Positions 29,017 through 43,176 of a DNA stretch of 64,000 bases are shown here, piece by piece. Where the stretch lies: NCBI RefSeq assembly GCF_009914755.1, contig NC_060930.1. One strand, 5' to 3'. Source of the stretch: the human T2T-CHM13v2.0 reference genome, Homo sapiens. Under the pieces are notes generated by a model. It was given only the letters and a program-made list of their open reading frames with translations. It was not told where the DNA came from and ran no database searches. The translations under genes were made by a program, and so were the position numbers. The first letter of the stretch is position 1, and every line of letters starts with the position of its first letter.

Positions 29017-31256
29017 CTCTCAAAGCTTTTCTAGATGTGGTCTTGAACATTTACTACACTTGTTTTCTTCTTGCACATCTCTGTGTCTGCATTCTATTTC
29101 CCCAGAAGCTGTATTGTCCTTCTGCTCTCACTGTATCTCCCCACCCCTCTGGCTGTCTGTGTAGGACAGATGTGACTAAAGAGAATAAGGGGCTTTCTCT
29201 GAGCCCAATGCATGGGAGCTACTTCTTTAAATTGTTTGGAGACCATATTTAAGTCTCACACATTCTTTATGGTAAAAACATTGCATATTACATATCTAAA
29301 TGATAGCATTATTGGATGTCCATTGATTGATAGATTTCATTCATTATTGAGCAACTCCTGGGAACTGGGAAAAAGCATCAGAAACGGATTCCCTGCCCCT
29401 CTAGTCAAGAGAAAGTATGCACCAACTTCTTCTTTCACCTAGGTGTTAATCAGAACCGCCTGTGTGTTATTTGAAGCTTCTTCCTTGGCTGTTTCCAAGA
29501 AAGGCAATTGGTCTACCCTTTATAGAGCCCTCACTACTATCAGAACCCCAGGCCTACTGCAGCTGAGGCCCCCACCCCCGGATCTAGCAATTCAATGGGA
29601 GAGGAGGAGAAAAGCTGAGGCTGAACCGGGGGTTAAACCTTTTATTCTGCCGTGCACAACGTCTGGTTGCAGGGCGGGGGGAAGGCGCCTTCGTGGGAAT
29701 GAGACTTCTTGGCTCCAGGACTGTGAGTGACACATAGCAGGACACAGGGAGCTACAGGACTTCTGTGGACTCTGCCCCACAGCTGATGCAGGAGAGGGGC
29801 TTGCCCTGTCTCTCCTGGTTTCTCTGCTAAATCCAGGCCTGGGGACACAGACATACTTCTCTGTCTGATCTTGTCCCTAAAGACCCCTGGCAGAAATTAG
29901 CATCCTACAAGGTGGTGCCGGCCAGGAGCCGGAGATTAGGCTGCGCCTCAAAGCATCCCACCCCCGGGTCTGGTGGGAGGGAGGAGTTCACTTCCACCTT
30001 TACCCTGTCCCCAGAGCGCCCTCTCGTGCACACCACAAGACCTCCGGGAGGGGCTGAATGAGTGGCAGTGGAGACAGGGATGTGGGTGACTCATTCATTC
30101 TTGAGTCCACACATTCTTTCAGTGACTATTTATAGTGCCTTATTGTATATGAGGCTCTGTTCTCAGCACCTGATAACAACAGCGAATGTCCACGGAGCCG
30201 ACCACCCAGTACAGAAGACAGACCCTTAACATTCTCACACAGATCCTGATTGAAATGCCTCTTTTTGAAACTGTGATGAACAACTCCCCTGGGGCAGTGA
30301 CATTTAAGAAGAAGCTGGAAAGATGAGAAGGGTTTGGCTAGGCGGGCTGGTACAGAGGGGAGTGTCCAAGAGAGAGAACATTGTGTACAGAGTCCCTAAG
30401 GTGGGAAGAAACTTGCCCCATTGGAGAAGCAGTGGGGAGGGAGGGGAGCAGGTGGAGCTTGATTCTGCTGATCTGGGTAAAGTGGGGTGCTGTGGCGGCA
30501 CCGGGAAGCTTGAATAAGGGGAGGTATGATAAAGAGGTCAGAGTGCGACTTGGCCTGGACCTAACTGGGAGAACAACCAGGACTGGGGCTGACCGTGGGA
30601 CAGGCAGGCAGGAGGGTGCTGGTGTGAGCCCTGGCCTGGAAGTGAACCTCGGGCTAGGCTGCAAGGGACTTGAGGTGGGGCAGCCAGGAGGGAGATGGAC
30701 AAACGGCTGGGCCCTGTGGAGCACAGAGCTGAGTGAGAGCAGGTGAGGGTATGGAGGGTGTCGTGCTGCAGGCCAGGCCCTGGGCCAAGCGGTATCCCTC
30801 CCTGTGCCATTTGTTCTCTGCCACAACCCCAGGAGGTTGTGTTTCTCTTTGGAATTTACAGGCCGGGCAGTGAGGCTTAAGAGAGGTGAGTCATTTGACA
30901 AAGGTTGAAGGTAAAGAAGCTACGAGCCAGTGGGAGGATTCTGAGAGGTCCTTTAAAGCAGAGTGTAGATTTGTAGAAAGGTGGAAAGGAGTGGGTGTTT
31001 AAGTGTGGAAAGGTCAGTGCCTGGCTATTGCATGGGAGCCAGTGCCACAGGGAGGAGTGGCAGTGACAGGTGCATGGTAGAGGGGAAGGCGATGTCTGGG
31101 ACATCAGCCAGTGACAGTGATGAGGACCGGAGGGGGTGCATGACCAGGTGGTGTGGTTTACAGTGACCTCCATCGTGCAGATGGGGCAGCCTGTTCCCCA
31201 CATCTCCTCTGCCACAGAGGTTCACCCTGGTCCCTAAAGCAGGGCTGCAAAGGTAA

Positions 31257-31697
<441 letters not shown>

Positions 31698-31704
31698 TAG
31701 GCCA

Positions 31705-32107
31705 GGCCACAGCTTGCTAGAACAGTTGTAATAAAGCCCCACAGACTGGGGGCTTCAATTTCAGTGTCTCACCATTCTGGAGACGAGAAGCCCAATATCA
31801 GGGTGTTGGGGGGGGCATGCTCCCTCTCAGGGCCCCAGGGAAGGATCTGTTGCAGGCCTCTCTGTGACCTTCTGCTGGTTCCTTAGCTTGTGGCGTCCTC
31901 TGTGTGTGTGTCTCTGTGTGCAAACATCCCCTTTTCCTGAGGATACTAGTCCTTTCAGATCAGGGGCCACCCTCCTCCAGGATGTCCGCATCTTAACTGA
32001 TGACGTGTCCATTGTTCCTGTTTCCAAATAAGGTCACATTCTGAGATGCTAGGGGTTAGGATGGCAACATGCGAGTTTTTGGGGGGACCCAGTTCAACCC
32101 ATAACAG
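31705..32107 (-). mobile_element. MaLR LTR (MLT1-type)
   Basis: ccacagactgggggctt...tttccaaataaggtcacattctgag...ttcaacccataaca. Confidence 0.75.
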
Positions 32108-32109
32108 GC

Positions 32110-32960
32110 CACGTATCCCATATTCAGGGTCAGGGAAGGTTTCCTGGAGTGTAATAGAGAGAGCTGATGGTTGAAAAGGAAGTTTTCAGATGAGAAGAAA
32201 GAAGGGAACAGAAAAGCACTGGGGAACCAAATCTCAGTCACTGCATCTGGGGCGAGTGACCTGAGAGGGGCAGGCGTGAGGGGCAGCAGGAGATAAGCTT
32301 GAGGGCAAGTATGGACAAGAGCTATGGGATCCACCTTTAAGGATGGGACTTCTCCAAGAGCACTAGGGAGCTATTGCAGAGGTCTGAGTAGGAGAGTGCC
32401 CAACTCACTGCCTTGGGTCAGATTGAAAGGGGCAAAATAAAAAAGAGAGCCCAGCTGGGACGCGTTAGTAATTCAGGAGGGGGAGGTGACTGTGCTCTGC
32501 AGCAGGCTTGAGAGCCATCTCCAGAATTGACTGACATTTGGGAGGCAGAATTAAACAAGTGTCGGCAATGGAGTAGGTGCTTGGGGGGCACTGGAGAAGG
32601 AGAAGGAGGAGCAAGGCTGTGGCTGGCTCATGTGCTGGCTCACCTGGAAGATGGCTGCAAAGGAAGAGGTTCGGGGCTGGTGTGGTGATCACTATGGCAC
32701 GTGTCTGTTGATTCTGAGGTGCTTGAGGGGCATCAGAAGGGAAATTGCACATGAGGCATTGTGTTCATAGTTGGAGACCTGGCAGCTTTTAGCCCATAGA
32801 TGATGAAAGTCTTGGGAATGGTGCTCAGGTAACAACTGAAGCTAGGATCAAGGTCTTTCACTCGCTGTCCAGTGCAGATTGCCTGGGCCCCTTCTAATGC
32901 CTCATCCAAATTTTTCACCCACCCATCCATTCATCCAGCAAGTCTCTATTAAGCATCTAC
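32110..32960. mobile_element. Degenerate L2 fragment(s)
   Basis: Purine-rich L2-like sequence and cattcatccagcaag end motif; a similar fragment lies at ~30090-30420. Confidence 0.45.
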
Positions 32961-33642
32961 TGTGATAGTATCTGAAATAAATGGTCAAAGGTTTATTGGT
33001 TAATGACAGAGTTCTAAGACTCTCCACTCAATACCCTTTGCCCCAGTGAACAAATTAATATCCATTTATTGAGCAACTAGTGTGTAAAAGGCTGACATAG
33101 AACTGTCGGTCTACATTTGCTAAGAGGTTATTCAACTCACGGGAGCGGCCAGGCAGTAGTACCATTCCGCAGTATGTCAGTGGTTCTCAAATCCTGAGTG
33201 CAGCCTTGTCTGAGTCTGGCTGCGTGAGGATCACCAGAGAGGCTTTTACAAATCAACATTCCGGGACCCCATCCTAGTGAACTGGCTCTTTCAGAGGTTA
33301 GTCCCCAAAATCCCCATATGTAATTAGTCCTGTCTCCATTACCTAATAATGTTAACCATTGAGCATCTCCATCAAGTCAAAACTTGGACCCTATATCGTA
33401 AGTGTTGAATGACCACTATTTCCAAAGTAGTGGAGTTCTGATTAATAAAGTTTTACTCTGAACATATTCTGAGATCCTTATGTCTTTCTAGAAACTTCAA
33501 ACTTGCTTAGTTTACAGGGCTGTTTGGCCAAAGATTGGTGGTAGGCAGGGTGGGGTGGAGGCTCTGTGTGCCCCAGAGGTGAATCTGATTGGAAATCAAC
33601 TTAGCATCTCTTTACACAGCACCACCTAATTTATAGTGTATC

Positions 33643-33832
33643 TCAGCAGTTCTCTTAAGCGTGGTGCCCAGACCAGCAGCAGCAGTATCAACTGAGAACT
33701 TGTTACAAATTCTTGGGCCCCACCATCGACGTGACCTACAGAATCAGAACTCTGCAGGTGAGGCCCAGGAACCTGTTTAAACACGAGCCCTCCAGGTAGT
33801 TCTGATGTCCTCTCAAGTGTGAGACCCACTGG
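33643..33832. mobile_element. MER5A-like hAT-Charlie MITE
   Basis: cagcagttctc...ccagaccagcagcagcag...gaatcagaactctg...tgagacccactg with terminal inverted repeats. Confidence 0.72.
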
Positions 33833-34019
33833 CTTATAGAGTAGAGGCTCAGCATACGCTGGCGGGGTGAGTGTTCCTGAACCAGGTCTCATCTGCTGGT
33901 GCCCAAGGCAGCAACTTCTCTGAATTTAACAGTTAGGGACAATGACATCCCAAGCCTGGGGCACTGGTGCAATAGGAAGGTAGCACTTCTGATCTTGCTT
34001 GTGTTCTCTGAGGTTCTTT

Positions 34020-34353
34020 TTTTTCTTTTTAGTTTTTACTTTTTTATTTTATTTATTTTTTATTTTTTTGAGATGGAGTCTTGCTGTATCGCCCAGGCTG
34101 GAGTGCAGTGGCATGATCTCAGCTCCCTGCTAGAATGCCTCCCGGGTTCAAGCGATTCTCCTGCCTCAGCCTCCCGAGTAGCTGGGATTACAGGCACGCG
34201 CCACCACGCTCAGCCCATTTTTTTTTTGTATTTTTAGTAGAGGCAGGGTTTCACCATGCTGGCCAGGCTGGTCTCGAACTCCTGACCTCATGATCCGCCC
34301 GCCTCAGCCTCCCAAAGTGCTGGGATTACAGGCGTAAGCCACCGTGCCCGGCC
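34020..34353 (-). mobile_element. Alu
   Basis: Antisense Alu with degenerate T-rich tail. Confidence 0.9.
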
Positions 34354-35337
34354 TCCGAGTTTCCTTTTACGTCAATGCTGAGAGGTCTCCTAGATGGGGT
34401 TAGGAGTTCCATTTAGCTGGAAAAGCAAATGAATGGACTTAGTAGAATTTGGACCTTTGCCCTCAGCTCAGTCCTTGTAAGCAGCTGAGTGTCTTGAGGT
34501 TCAGAGCAGCCATTGCCCCCACACTCCCTTTGTCTAACAGGGCACGGGCACGTTTCTGTCACTTGCCAGTAGCCCTGAACCTGCTAGAAACCCACCAGGT
34601 GTTTTGGATCCTGCCACTTGGTCCAATTTCCTTCCAGCTGTCCCATTTTACCCTTTATTTGCTGAATTAGCACACTGGTGCCATTGAAGTTCAAAGGAAG
34701 CCACAACATGGTGTCTGTTGAGCATGTACTGATACCCAAGAGGCTGGGCTTCAGTCGTGTTTCTGTTGTGGCCCACATGGGCTTCAGAGAGGCAGAGGGA
34801 GGAAAAATTCAGGATACTTCCTGCATAGGTGAAGATTAAGGTGGGACCAGTTAATTTTTTGTTATCACACCATTATTTAGAAATACCTAAACAAATTCAT
34901 TCAAATAATTAATCTTTTTTTTTGAGTCTGGAAAATTTTCCCAGCAAAATGTGTTTAACCTAGGAAAAGTTAGAAATGCAAATAAACATAAAAAGGAAAA
35001 TAAGTATTAGCAGTAATGCTATCATCTTAAGATAACCACTGGTTCTAAACTTGTTTTTCCATTTTTATAGCTGTGTGACCTTAGGAGAGTTGCTTAACCT
35101 TTCTGAGCCTCTTTCCACCGTCCCCGCCGTCTACGCAATATCTCCTTCAGGTTCATGAGTTTGAATGGAAAAATGACTTTTAAGTTCAAAAGAGTTGCTG
35201 GTTCTTAGTAGGTGACTGATTTGAACTCCTTTCTCTGCCTACTCCATGTTTGCCATACCATCCTTCCTTTGTTTTAGGAATAAGCAAGTATTTTTCTTTT
35301 TTCCTTTTTGTTTTTTCATTGTCAGTATTCAACATAA

Positions 35338-35670
<333 letters not shown>

Positions 35671-37282
35671 TAAGCAAAAGAGGCAGGCTGACAGTTCACA
35701 AGTTATCCTTCATGTCCTGTGATGCCATTTGTACTTAAATATAATGTTAACTCTTTTGGAAAAACAAAAAAAGGACTCCTTGTACATTACTGCTTTGAAT
35801 ACTTGCACAGAACAAACAAATTACAAGCCCAAATGTTGTTGTTTTTAACAACCTTTCAGCAGCTATGAATGTTTATGTGTGAAGATGCATGTATGTCTTG
35901 ATTGCTGGAGCTACACTGCTTCCCGAGAACATGAAAGGACACTTTGAACACTTTTGGAAATATAAACAGTAGCAGGAAGTAGACTGCCATGTCTGTCCTA
36001 AGGCATCATGTGAAGTTGGATTGCTCTTGGTTAAATGTACAACCATTAACCATATACAGTTGTTTGGTCTACGCTGACCATTTCACAAGTGCACATACAA
36101 AAGCACCCTGTGAGCGGATGACGCCATAAATATGATTTCCTCTTTGCAATACGCCATACAGTTGTATTAACTGTGGATCTCTTGGCCCATCCTGGGAAGA
36201 GAAAGGCTGATTTTCTTGGGGTCCCAGTGGCACAGGGCTCCTGATTCAGGCCTCATCACAGACCACAGTAATAAGAAATTTTCAGGACACCACAGGAGAC
36301 ACAAATGAGTGAACAAAAGAGTGATTTTTTTAAAAGTCATACATGTGTAGGACTTATTTTAATGGGAGCATGAGTTTATTTAATGTGTTTGAGGCCAGAA
36401 GTGTGAAACACTGTGTAGAGCTGGTTTTGATAAAGAGATAAAGCACTTTAAAATTAATTGGCAGGGCAAGCGAAGGGCATTTTGAGGTTGTACCTTTGAA
36501 AGGTAAAATAAATAAATATGCCAGGATTTTGAAGCATTAACAAGGGGTATAGAGCCACAAGCCCTGTCCCTGTCTTCACACAGTGGGTTTGGGCCAGATA
36601 ACATACGGCAAGACCACCTCTGAAATAATATTCCTCAGTGCTCTGTGGCCCTCTGGGGGTCAGAGAAGCCATGTATGAATAACACATTTGATTGAGGAAA
36701 TAACTGTGGTCAGTAAATGTTTGTAAAGAAAAGGTCCAGCCTTCACACTTAACCTTTTGATCAGAGCTGCAAAGAAGTAGTGAAATAGTATTGGAGTTCT
36801 AGCTCCTGGAGTGACAGGCCTCACTGGTAGATAGAGAAAGGGAACTGAGTCACAGAGACCCTATGTTCTCAGTTTGAGATGTTCTTCACAAGGTGGGTCA
36901 TCCCATTTCCCTGCTCTCCAACTCCAGAGGTGTGTGCACTTTCCTGCAGGTTGTAACACGGGGTAGCCTGGGCACCCTGTCTTTTCTCTATTCCTTCCCA
37001 AAGTGGGTCCCACCTTCTGCGGACAGGTGCTTCCCTCTGAGGTCCTGCTGTTTCTCCTAGACCCACACTTAGCTTTGGGCTGTGTCACTGTCACGTGAGC
37101 CCTGACACTGTTGCTGTCTCCCCTTGCACCATGGCTTTCGTGACTGTCCCCGTGTGTCTGGCTGCTGCTCCAGCGTACTGTTGCTGTCCTTTTGCCCCTT
37201 GAATTGCGCCCAGGCTACATTAGGAATAGCAGGTAGCAGCCTGGGCATTTGGTGTCTTGTGTTTGTAAGAAAATGCAGCTAG

Positions 37283-37614
<332 letters not shown>

Positions 37615-38338
37615 CTAGCTCTGCATCCTAGAAGACTTGTACTGTGTAGCTGGAGTTTAAACATTACCCCCAACAGCTGAACCTTGCTGGGCAGCCCAAG
37701 ATAACAGACTGGCCCTGCTACACATTAAACCAGCCCAAGTGTGGTCTGCATGGGCAGTGTGGGTGGAAAAACAGATGTTTGATTTTAAGGTAACTTTGTA
37801 CCATACATGAGGAATAGGAAACATGGAGGTACCTGGAAAGATAAAAGGATTAACTCAATGTCCTTTTCTTGGCTCTTACAAGAATTCAACCCTTGTACTA
37901 AATAAATCTCACCTCACACCAGGCAGAGAGGGAAAGGTGACTCCTGAGTGAGAATGAGTGTGGACAGTGGAATGGCTGGGTGTGTTATGTAGGGGGCTGG
38001 CATGGGATGAGGGCTGAGCCCCTCTGCCGCTCACAGCCCCTGCTGCCTCCTGCTCTGCAACAGAAGTGTCTGAGCCCAGGCAGGCAGGTGGGCAGTGGGT
38101 GGTGCCAGCTTCTGACCCACAGAGGAAGCCTGGATGGGCCTGGGGAGTGAAAGGTGCAATATTGAGGGGAGTACACTCGATCAGACAACAACAGCCGTGG
38201 TAGGGGAACTTGGGCCCGTGGGCTTGCTGGGGGCTGTGGTGGGTCTGAACCCCCAGTCACTAGGTCATCTGGGGGGAGGGGACAGCCTGGCTGAGCTCCC
38301 GCTGATGATGTCCTGTCCTTGCTTTTTCCTCTGTGAAG

Positions 38339-38381
38339 GATGGAGGCTGTACGTGTCCAGGGGATGTCGCCAAAGCCTTTG
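38339..38381 (+). CDS. GMPR: GMP reductase 1, exon 7 (DGGCTCPGDVAKAF)
   Basis: gtgaag|GAT acceptor after a pyrimidine tract, TTTG|gtaagg donor, 43 nt; DGG motif. Confidence 0.96.
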
Positions 38382-39174
38382 GTAAGGCCGGGCCCTGGTG
38401 CAGAGGGAGGGAAGGAAGGAAGGAGGGAGCTCCCTACACCTCTCCAGCTGGCAACCTGAATGAGGAGGGGGACCTGGTGGGGAAGTTCTGGGTCTCCTGG
38501 AGGTTCCTCTCCCTGGGTTTCAGCCCCAATTGGCCCAAATCCTGGACCGTGGCAGAGCAGGTCACAGATGCCCCAGGAGATATCTAGGGGTGACGTCCTG
38601 CAAGCCAGGAGTGGGTGAAGTCACGGCCTTTTCATCCCAGGGAAGAGAAAGCTCAAGGGACCTGTCCAAGGGGATGGTGCCAGGTGTGATGTGTAACAAC
38701 TACAGAGGGGGTTTTTTGGACCCAGCTTGGAGAAGTCCCGTGGAAGGGACAGGAGGAATCCCGCAGCGGTTTCTCCCTGGAGGCTGGAGCCTGCCTCCCG
38801 CTAGGGGGCAGCAGTGCCTGCTGTGAGCCCGTGGGATTGGGGATGGGGAGCGGTGGTGGGAGGGCAGCAGGTCCTGAGCTTTTCTCTGGAAAGCACTAGA
38901 CGCTCCAGCCTCTCAACACCACAAGCAGTAAAGTACGGCTGCCGAGCCATGTGTTGGCCATAGAACTGCAAATGGCATTTGGAAGTCAGAGCTGGCCGCG
39001 TGGCTGTGGGCTCCAGAATGTGAAATGGGCGTTGTGGGTGCCGGCGGGAGGCAGAAACGAAGCTCCCATGCCTCCGCCCTTTGCTGATGCCAGAAAAAAA
39101 AAAAATGGTGGCAGGAAACTTTATGTCATAGGAATTCTGTTTTTTTGTTTTTTGGTTTTTGTTTTTAATTTTCA

Positions 39175-39583
<409 letters not shown>

Positions 39584-40629
39584 TTAACCTCCTCCTAATC
39601 ATAGATCCTATCTGTGGAGAGGAATCTACAGACCCTCCACTGATTCCAGCTTCCTATTTTATAGTTGAGGGGACTGAGGCTGTAGGAGGGAATGACAAGG
39701 TCACAGCCCTACAATCAGGGGCAGAACAGGGAGAATACAGAGCCTCTGCTAACTAGTGCTGTCACTTACCCTTTATTGTAAGGATCATTGGCCAAGGGCA
39801 TTTTTATGATTGGTTTTTGAGCTGAATCTACTTAATACAGGTGGTGGTCCATCTTGGACTCTTTTGTGTTGCCTCACACATGCTCTCTGTACAGAGGGAG
39901 AGCCAAACACACTTTAAAGTGACTGGTCGTTGAGAAGTGCCTTGTAGATCACAGTTCCTGGCCTTTGGACCACACTCAGCTCAGTCTCCTTTGGGTGCCA
40001 TTCCCTCCTCCACTGTCTCTCAGTCAGTGCGGCCGTACCTGTGCCGAGACTCAGTGGAGCGAGAGGGACCTTGTCAGGGAAGGATGCAAGGGTGTCCCGA
40101 AATGAAAATGGTTGGGAACCCCCTCAAAGCATTCTTTAGTGGGTCTGTGCTCTGCGTTCCTGCTGTTGACATCTGCTCCTTTGCAGCTGCCGCAGAGGTG
40201 CTGTGCTCCTGAATTGTCAAGAATCCTGGCTGGACACCAGTTATCCTCTGCCTCCTTAAAATCATGGCAGGAGGACCAGGGAGTCAGCATTCGTGTTAGG
40301 AACCCTGAAAGGGGAGGGTCTTAAGAGGTTGCTGCCACTTAGGAAGGTTGCGTTGTGCTTTGCTTCCCTGAGTGCTAGAAAAGCTCGCCTTTCTGTCATG
40401 CTGAACTGTAACGCCAATGAAAACCTCAGAGTGCTCTGCCAATGTTTAAATGACCAAATTGAAGGCATCAGGGCCACTTTCAGGGGTTCCTATGTGTCCT
40501 CCTCCTAATTAGGATTTGCCAGGCTCCCCTCCTCCTTCATCCTATTACTTAATACATCTGCGCCCTGCTACTGTCTTGTTCTGTTCTAAAGGTAAACCCT
40601 CAGTAGGGCTTACTCAGGGGAGGCTGTAG

Positions 40630-41864
40630 TGAGAGGTGACAGCCCTCACAGCCCTCGCTTGCTGTCCACGCCTCCTCTGCCTGGGCTCCCACTTTGGCAG
40701 CACTTGAGGAGCCCTTCAGCCCGTCTCTGCACTCTGGGAGCCCCTTTCTGAGCTGGCCAAGGCCGGAGCCGGCTCCCTCAGCTTGAAGGGAGGTGTGGAG
40801 GGAGAGGCGCGAGTGGCAACCGAGGATGCGCGAGGCGCTTGCGGGCCAGCTGGAGTTCCGGGTGGGTGTGGGCTTGGCAGGCCCTGCACTCGGAGCGGCC
40901 GGCTGGCCCTGCCGGCCTCAGGCAATGAGGGGCTTAGCACCCGGGCCAGCAGCTGCGGAGGGTGTGCTGGGTCCTCCAGCAGTGCCAGCCCACTGGCGCT
41001 GCGCTGGATTTCTGGCTGGGCCTTAGCTGCCTCCCTGCGGGGCAGGGCTCGGGACCTGCCGCCCGCCATGGCTGAGCTTCCCCGCCCCCTCCACGGGCTC
41101 CTGTGCGGCGGGAGCCTCCCTAATGAGCGCCGCCCCCTGCTCCAAGGCCCCCAGTCCCGTCAACCATGCAAGGGCTGAGGAGTGCAGGCGCAGGGCGTGG
41201 GACTGGTGGGCAGCTCCATCTGCAGCCCCAGTGCGGATCCACTGGATGAAGCCAGCTGGGCTCCTCAGTCTGGTGGGGACGTGGAGAACCTTTATGTCTA
41301 ACTCAGGGATTGTAAATACACCAATGGGCACTCTGTATCTAGCTCAAGGTTTGTAAACACACCAACCAGCATCCTGTGTCTAGCTCAGGTTTTGTGAATG
41401 CACCAATCCACACTCTGTATCTAGCTAATCTGGTGGGGACGTGGAGAACCTTTGTGTCTAGCTCAGGGATTGTAAACACACCAATCAGCGCCCTGACAAA
41501 ACAGACCACTCACTCTACCAATCAGCAGGATATGGGTGGGGCCAGATAAGAGAATAAAAGCAGGCTGCCGGAGCCAGCAGTGGCAAACCCTTCTGGCTCC
41601 TTTTCTTTGGGAGGGTGATTTGTTGTTTCGCTCTTTGCAATAGATTCTGTTGCTGCTCGGTCTTTAGGCCCACACTGCTTTTATGAGCTGTGCTATTTGC
41701 CGGGAAGGTCTATAGCTTCATTTTTGAGCTAGCGCAGACCCCAACCCCACCAGAAGGAAAAAGCCTCAGCCGCGCCACCTTATAGAGCTGTTACACTCAC
41801 AGTGAGAGTCTATGGCTTCATTCTTGAAGTCAGTGAGACCAAGAACCCACCAGTTCCGAACACA
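40630..41864 (+). mobile_element. Solo LTR12C-type ERV9 LTR in GMPR intron 7
   Basis: Starts TGAGAGGTGACAG, ends CCAGTTCCGAACACA; TSD GTAG; GC-rich U3, CCAAT repeats, AGATAA 41544-41549, TATA-like AATAAA 41553-41558. Confidence 0.93.
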
Positions 41865-42392
41865 GTAGCAGTTCCTTAGTTAATAGGCAATGAAGAATCC
41901 CACTGCACAGTGATCCATGAACAAAATGGGGAATGATAACTTTTTTTCCCACGTTTTTACTTTTTTGACAGCTAATCATTCAGCGTCTATCATGTGCTGT
42001 GCACTTTGGATCAACATAGAACCAGCCCTGGGCCTGTTCCAGCATAGCCCACAAAGACAGGCAGCTTCAGTACCTCTGTCTCCTGTGCCTGTCCTGGAAA
42101 TGTGCTGTCATTCGGTGATTAGTCTGGCAGAATATGTACTCTGGAAATCTAATGTGCAGCAGCATGGTGCGGGTGGAGTTTTAGACGACTTCCATAACAC
42201 GGGGACTTCTTTCCTTGAAGCTGTCTCTAGTGTAGGAGCTTCAGTCTGTTCTGAGGCTTTTTCCTGATGTATAAGCACAGGGAGTGTCAGAGTGTGGAGA
42301 GCTTCAAGTACAGACCAGACACCTGAGGGGGTATCATAGAGGAGTCATAGCATTAAGTACAAGATTAGGTAACTTGCTTTCTAAGATACTGC

Positions 42393-42395
<3 letters not shown>

Positions 42396-42441
<46 letters not shown>

Positions 42442-42672
42442 TGAGACGGAGTCTCCCTCTGTTGCCCAGGTTGGAGTGCAGTGGCATGATCTCGGCTCAC
42501 TGCAACCTCCACCTCCGGGGTTCAAGCGATTTCCGGCTAATTTTTGTATTTTTAGTAGAAATGGGGTTTTATCATGTTGGCCAGGCTGGTCTTGAACTCC
42601 TGATCTCAAGTGATTCACCTGCCTCAGCCTCCCAAAGTGCTAGGATTACAGGGCTGAGCCACTGTGCCTGGC
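42396..42672 (-). mobile_element. Alu with 45-nt pure T tract and internal deletion
   Basis: T run 42396-42440; right-arm deletion. Confidence 0.9.
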
Positions 42673-43016
42673 AGAATACTCCCCAATCTTAATGTTTCTG
42701 TGATTCTAAGAGAGTTAGATCTGAGGAAGGTGGTCGTAGTTAGCCATTAAAAGCCATTCAGCATGGTCCAGTATATGGGACACTAGCCTTCAGTAGGCTG
42801 CATTTGTTTCTCGCAGTGTCCCATGGCCCTTTCTCCCTGCATGGAAGCCTTCTCCCTTTTTCCAGGAGGAGACAGGCGAGAGAGGTCCAGCCTTTCTCTT
42901 GACTATAGCTGGGCGGGGAGGGAGGTGAACTGGGCAAGCACTGGGATTTTTTGAGAGCCTTTTCCCCTGAGCTGTTTTCTCTGCTACTCGCTTTCATCCC
43001 CACCGTTGGCATTTAG

Positions 43017-43176
43017 GAGCTGGAGCAGATTTTGTCATGCTGGGAGGAATGTTTTCGGGTCATACGGAGTGTGCTGGAGAAGTGATTGAGAGGAACGGAC
43101 GGAAGCTCAAGCTCTTCTACGGGATGAGCTCTGACACCGCCATGAACAAGCACGCAGGAGGAGTTGCTGAGTACAG
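43017..43176 (+). CDS. GMPR: GMP reductase 1, exon 8 ([13 protein letters not shown]...FYGMSS...AEYR)
   Basis: tttag|GAG acceptor, CAG|gtgagg donor, 160 nt; frame continuous with exons 7 and 9. Confidence 0.97.

Noticed and set aside
30338-30901. 187-aa minus-strand ORF
   Set aside because: Low-complexity Pro/Ser/Leu product from a degenerate purine-rich L2-like region; no domain.
43011-43020. NAGNAG acceptor (TAG GAG) at GMPR exon 8
   Set aside because: A distal GAG is rarely used, and using it would alter the conserved GAGAD motif.
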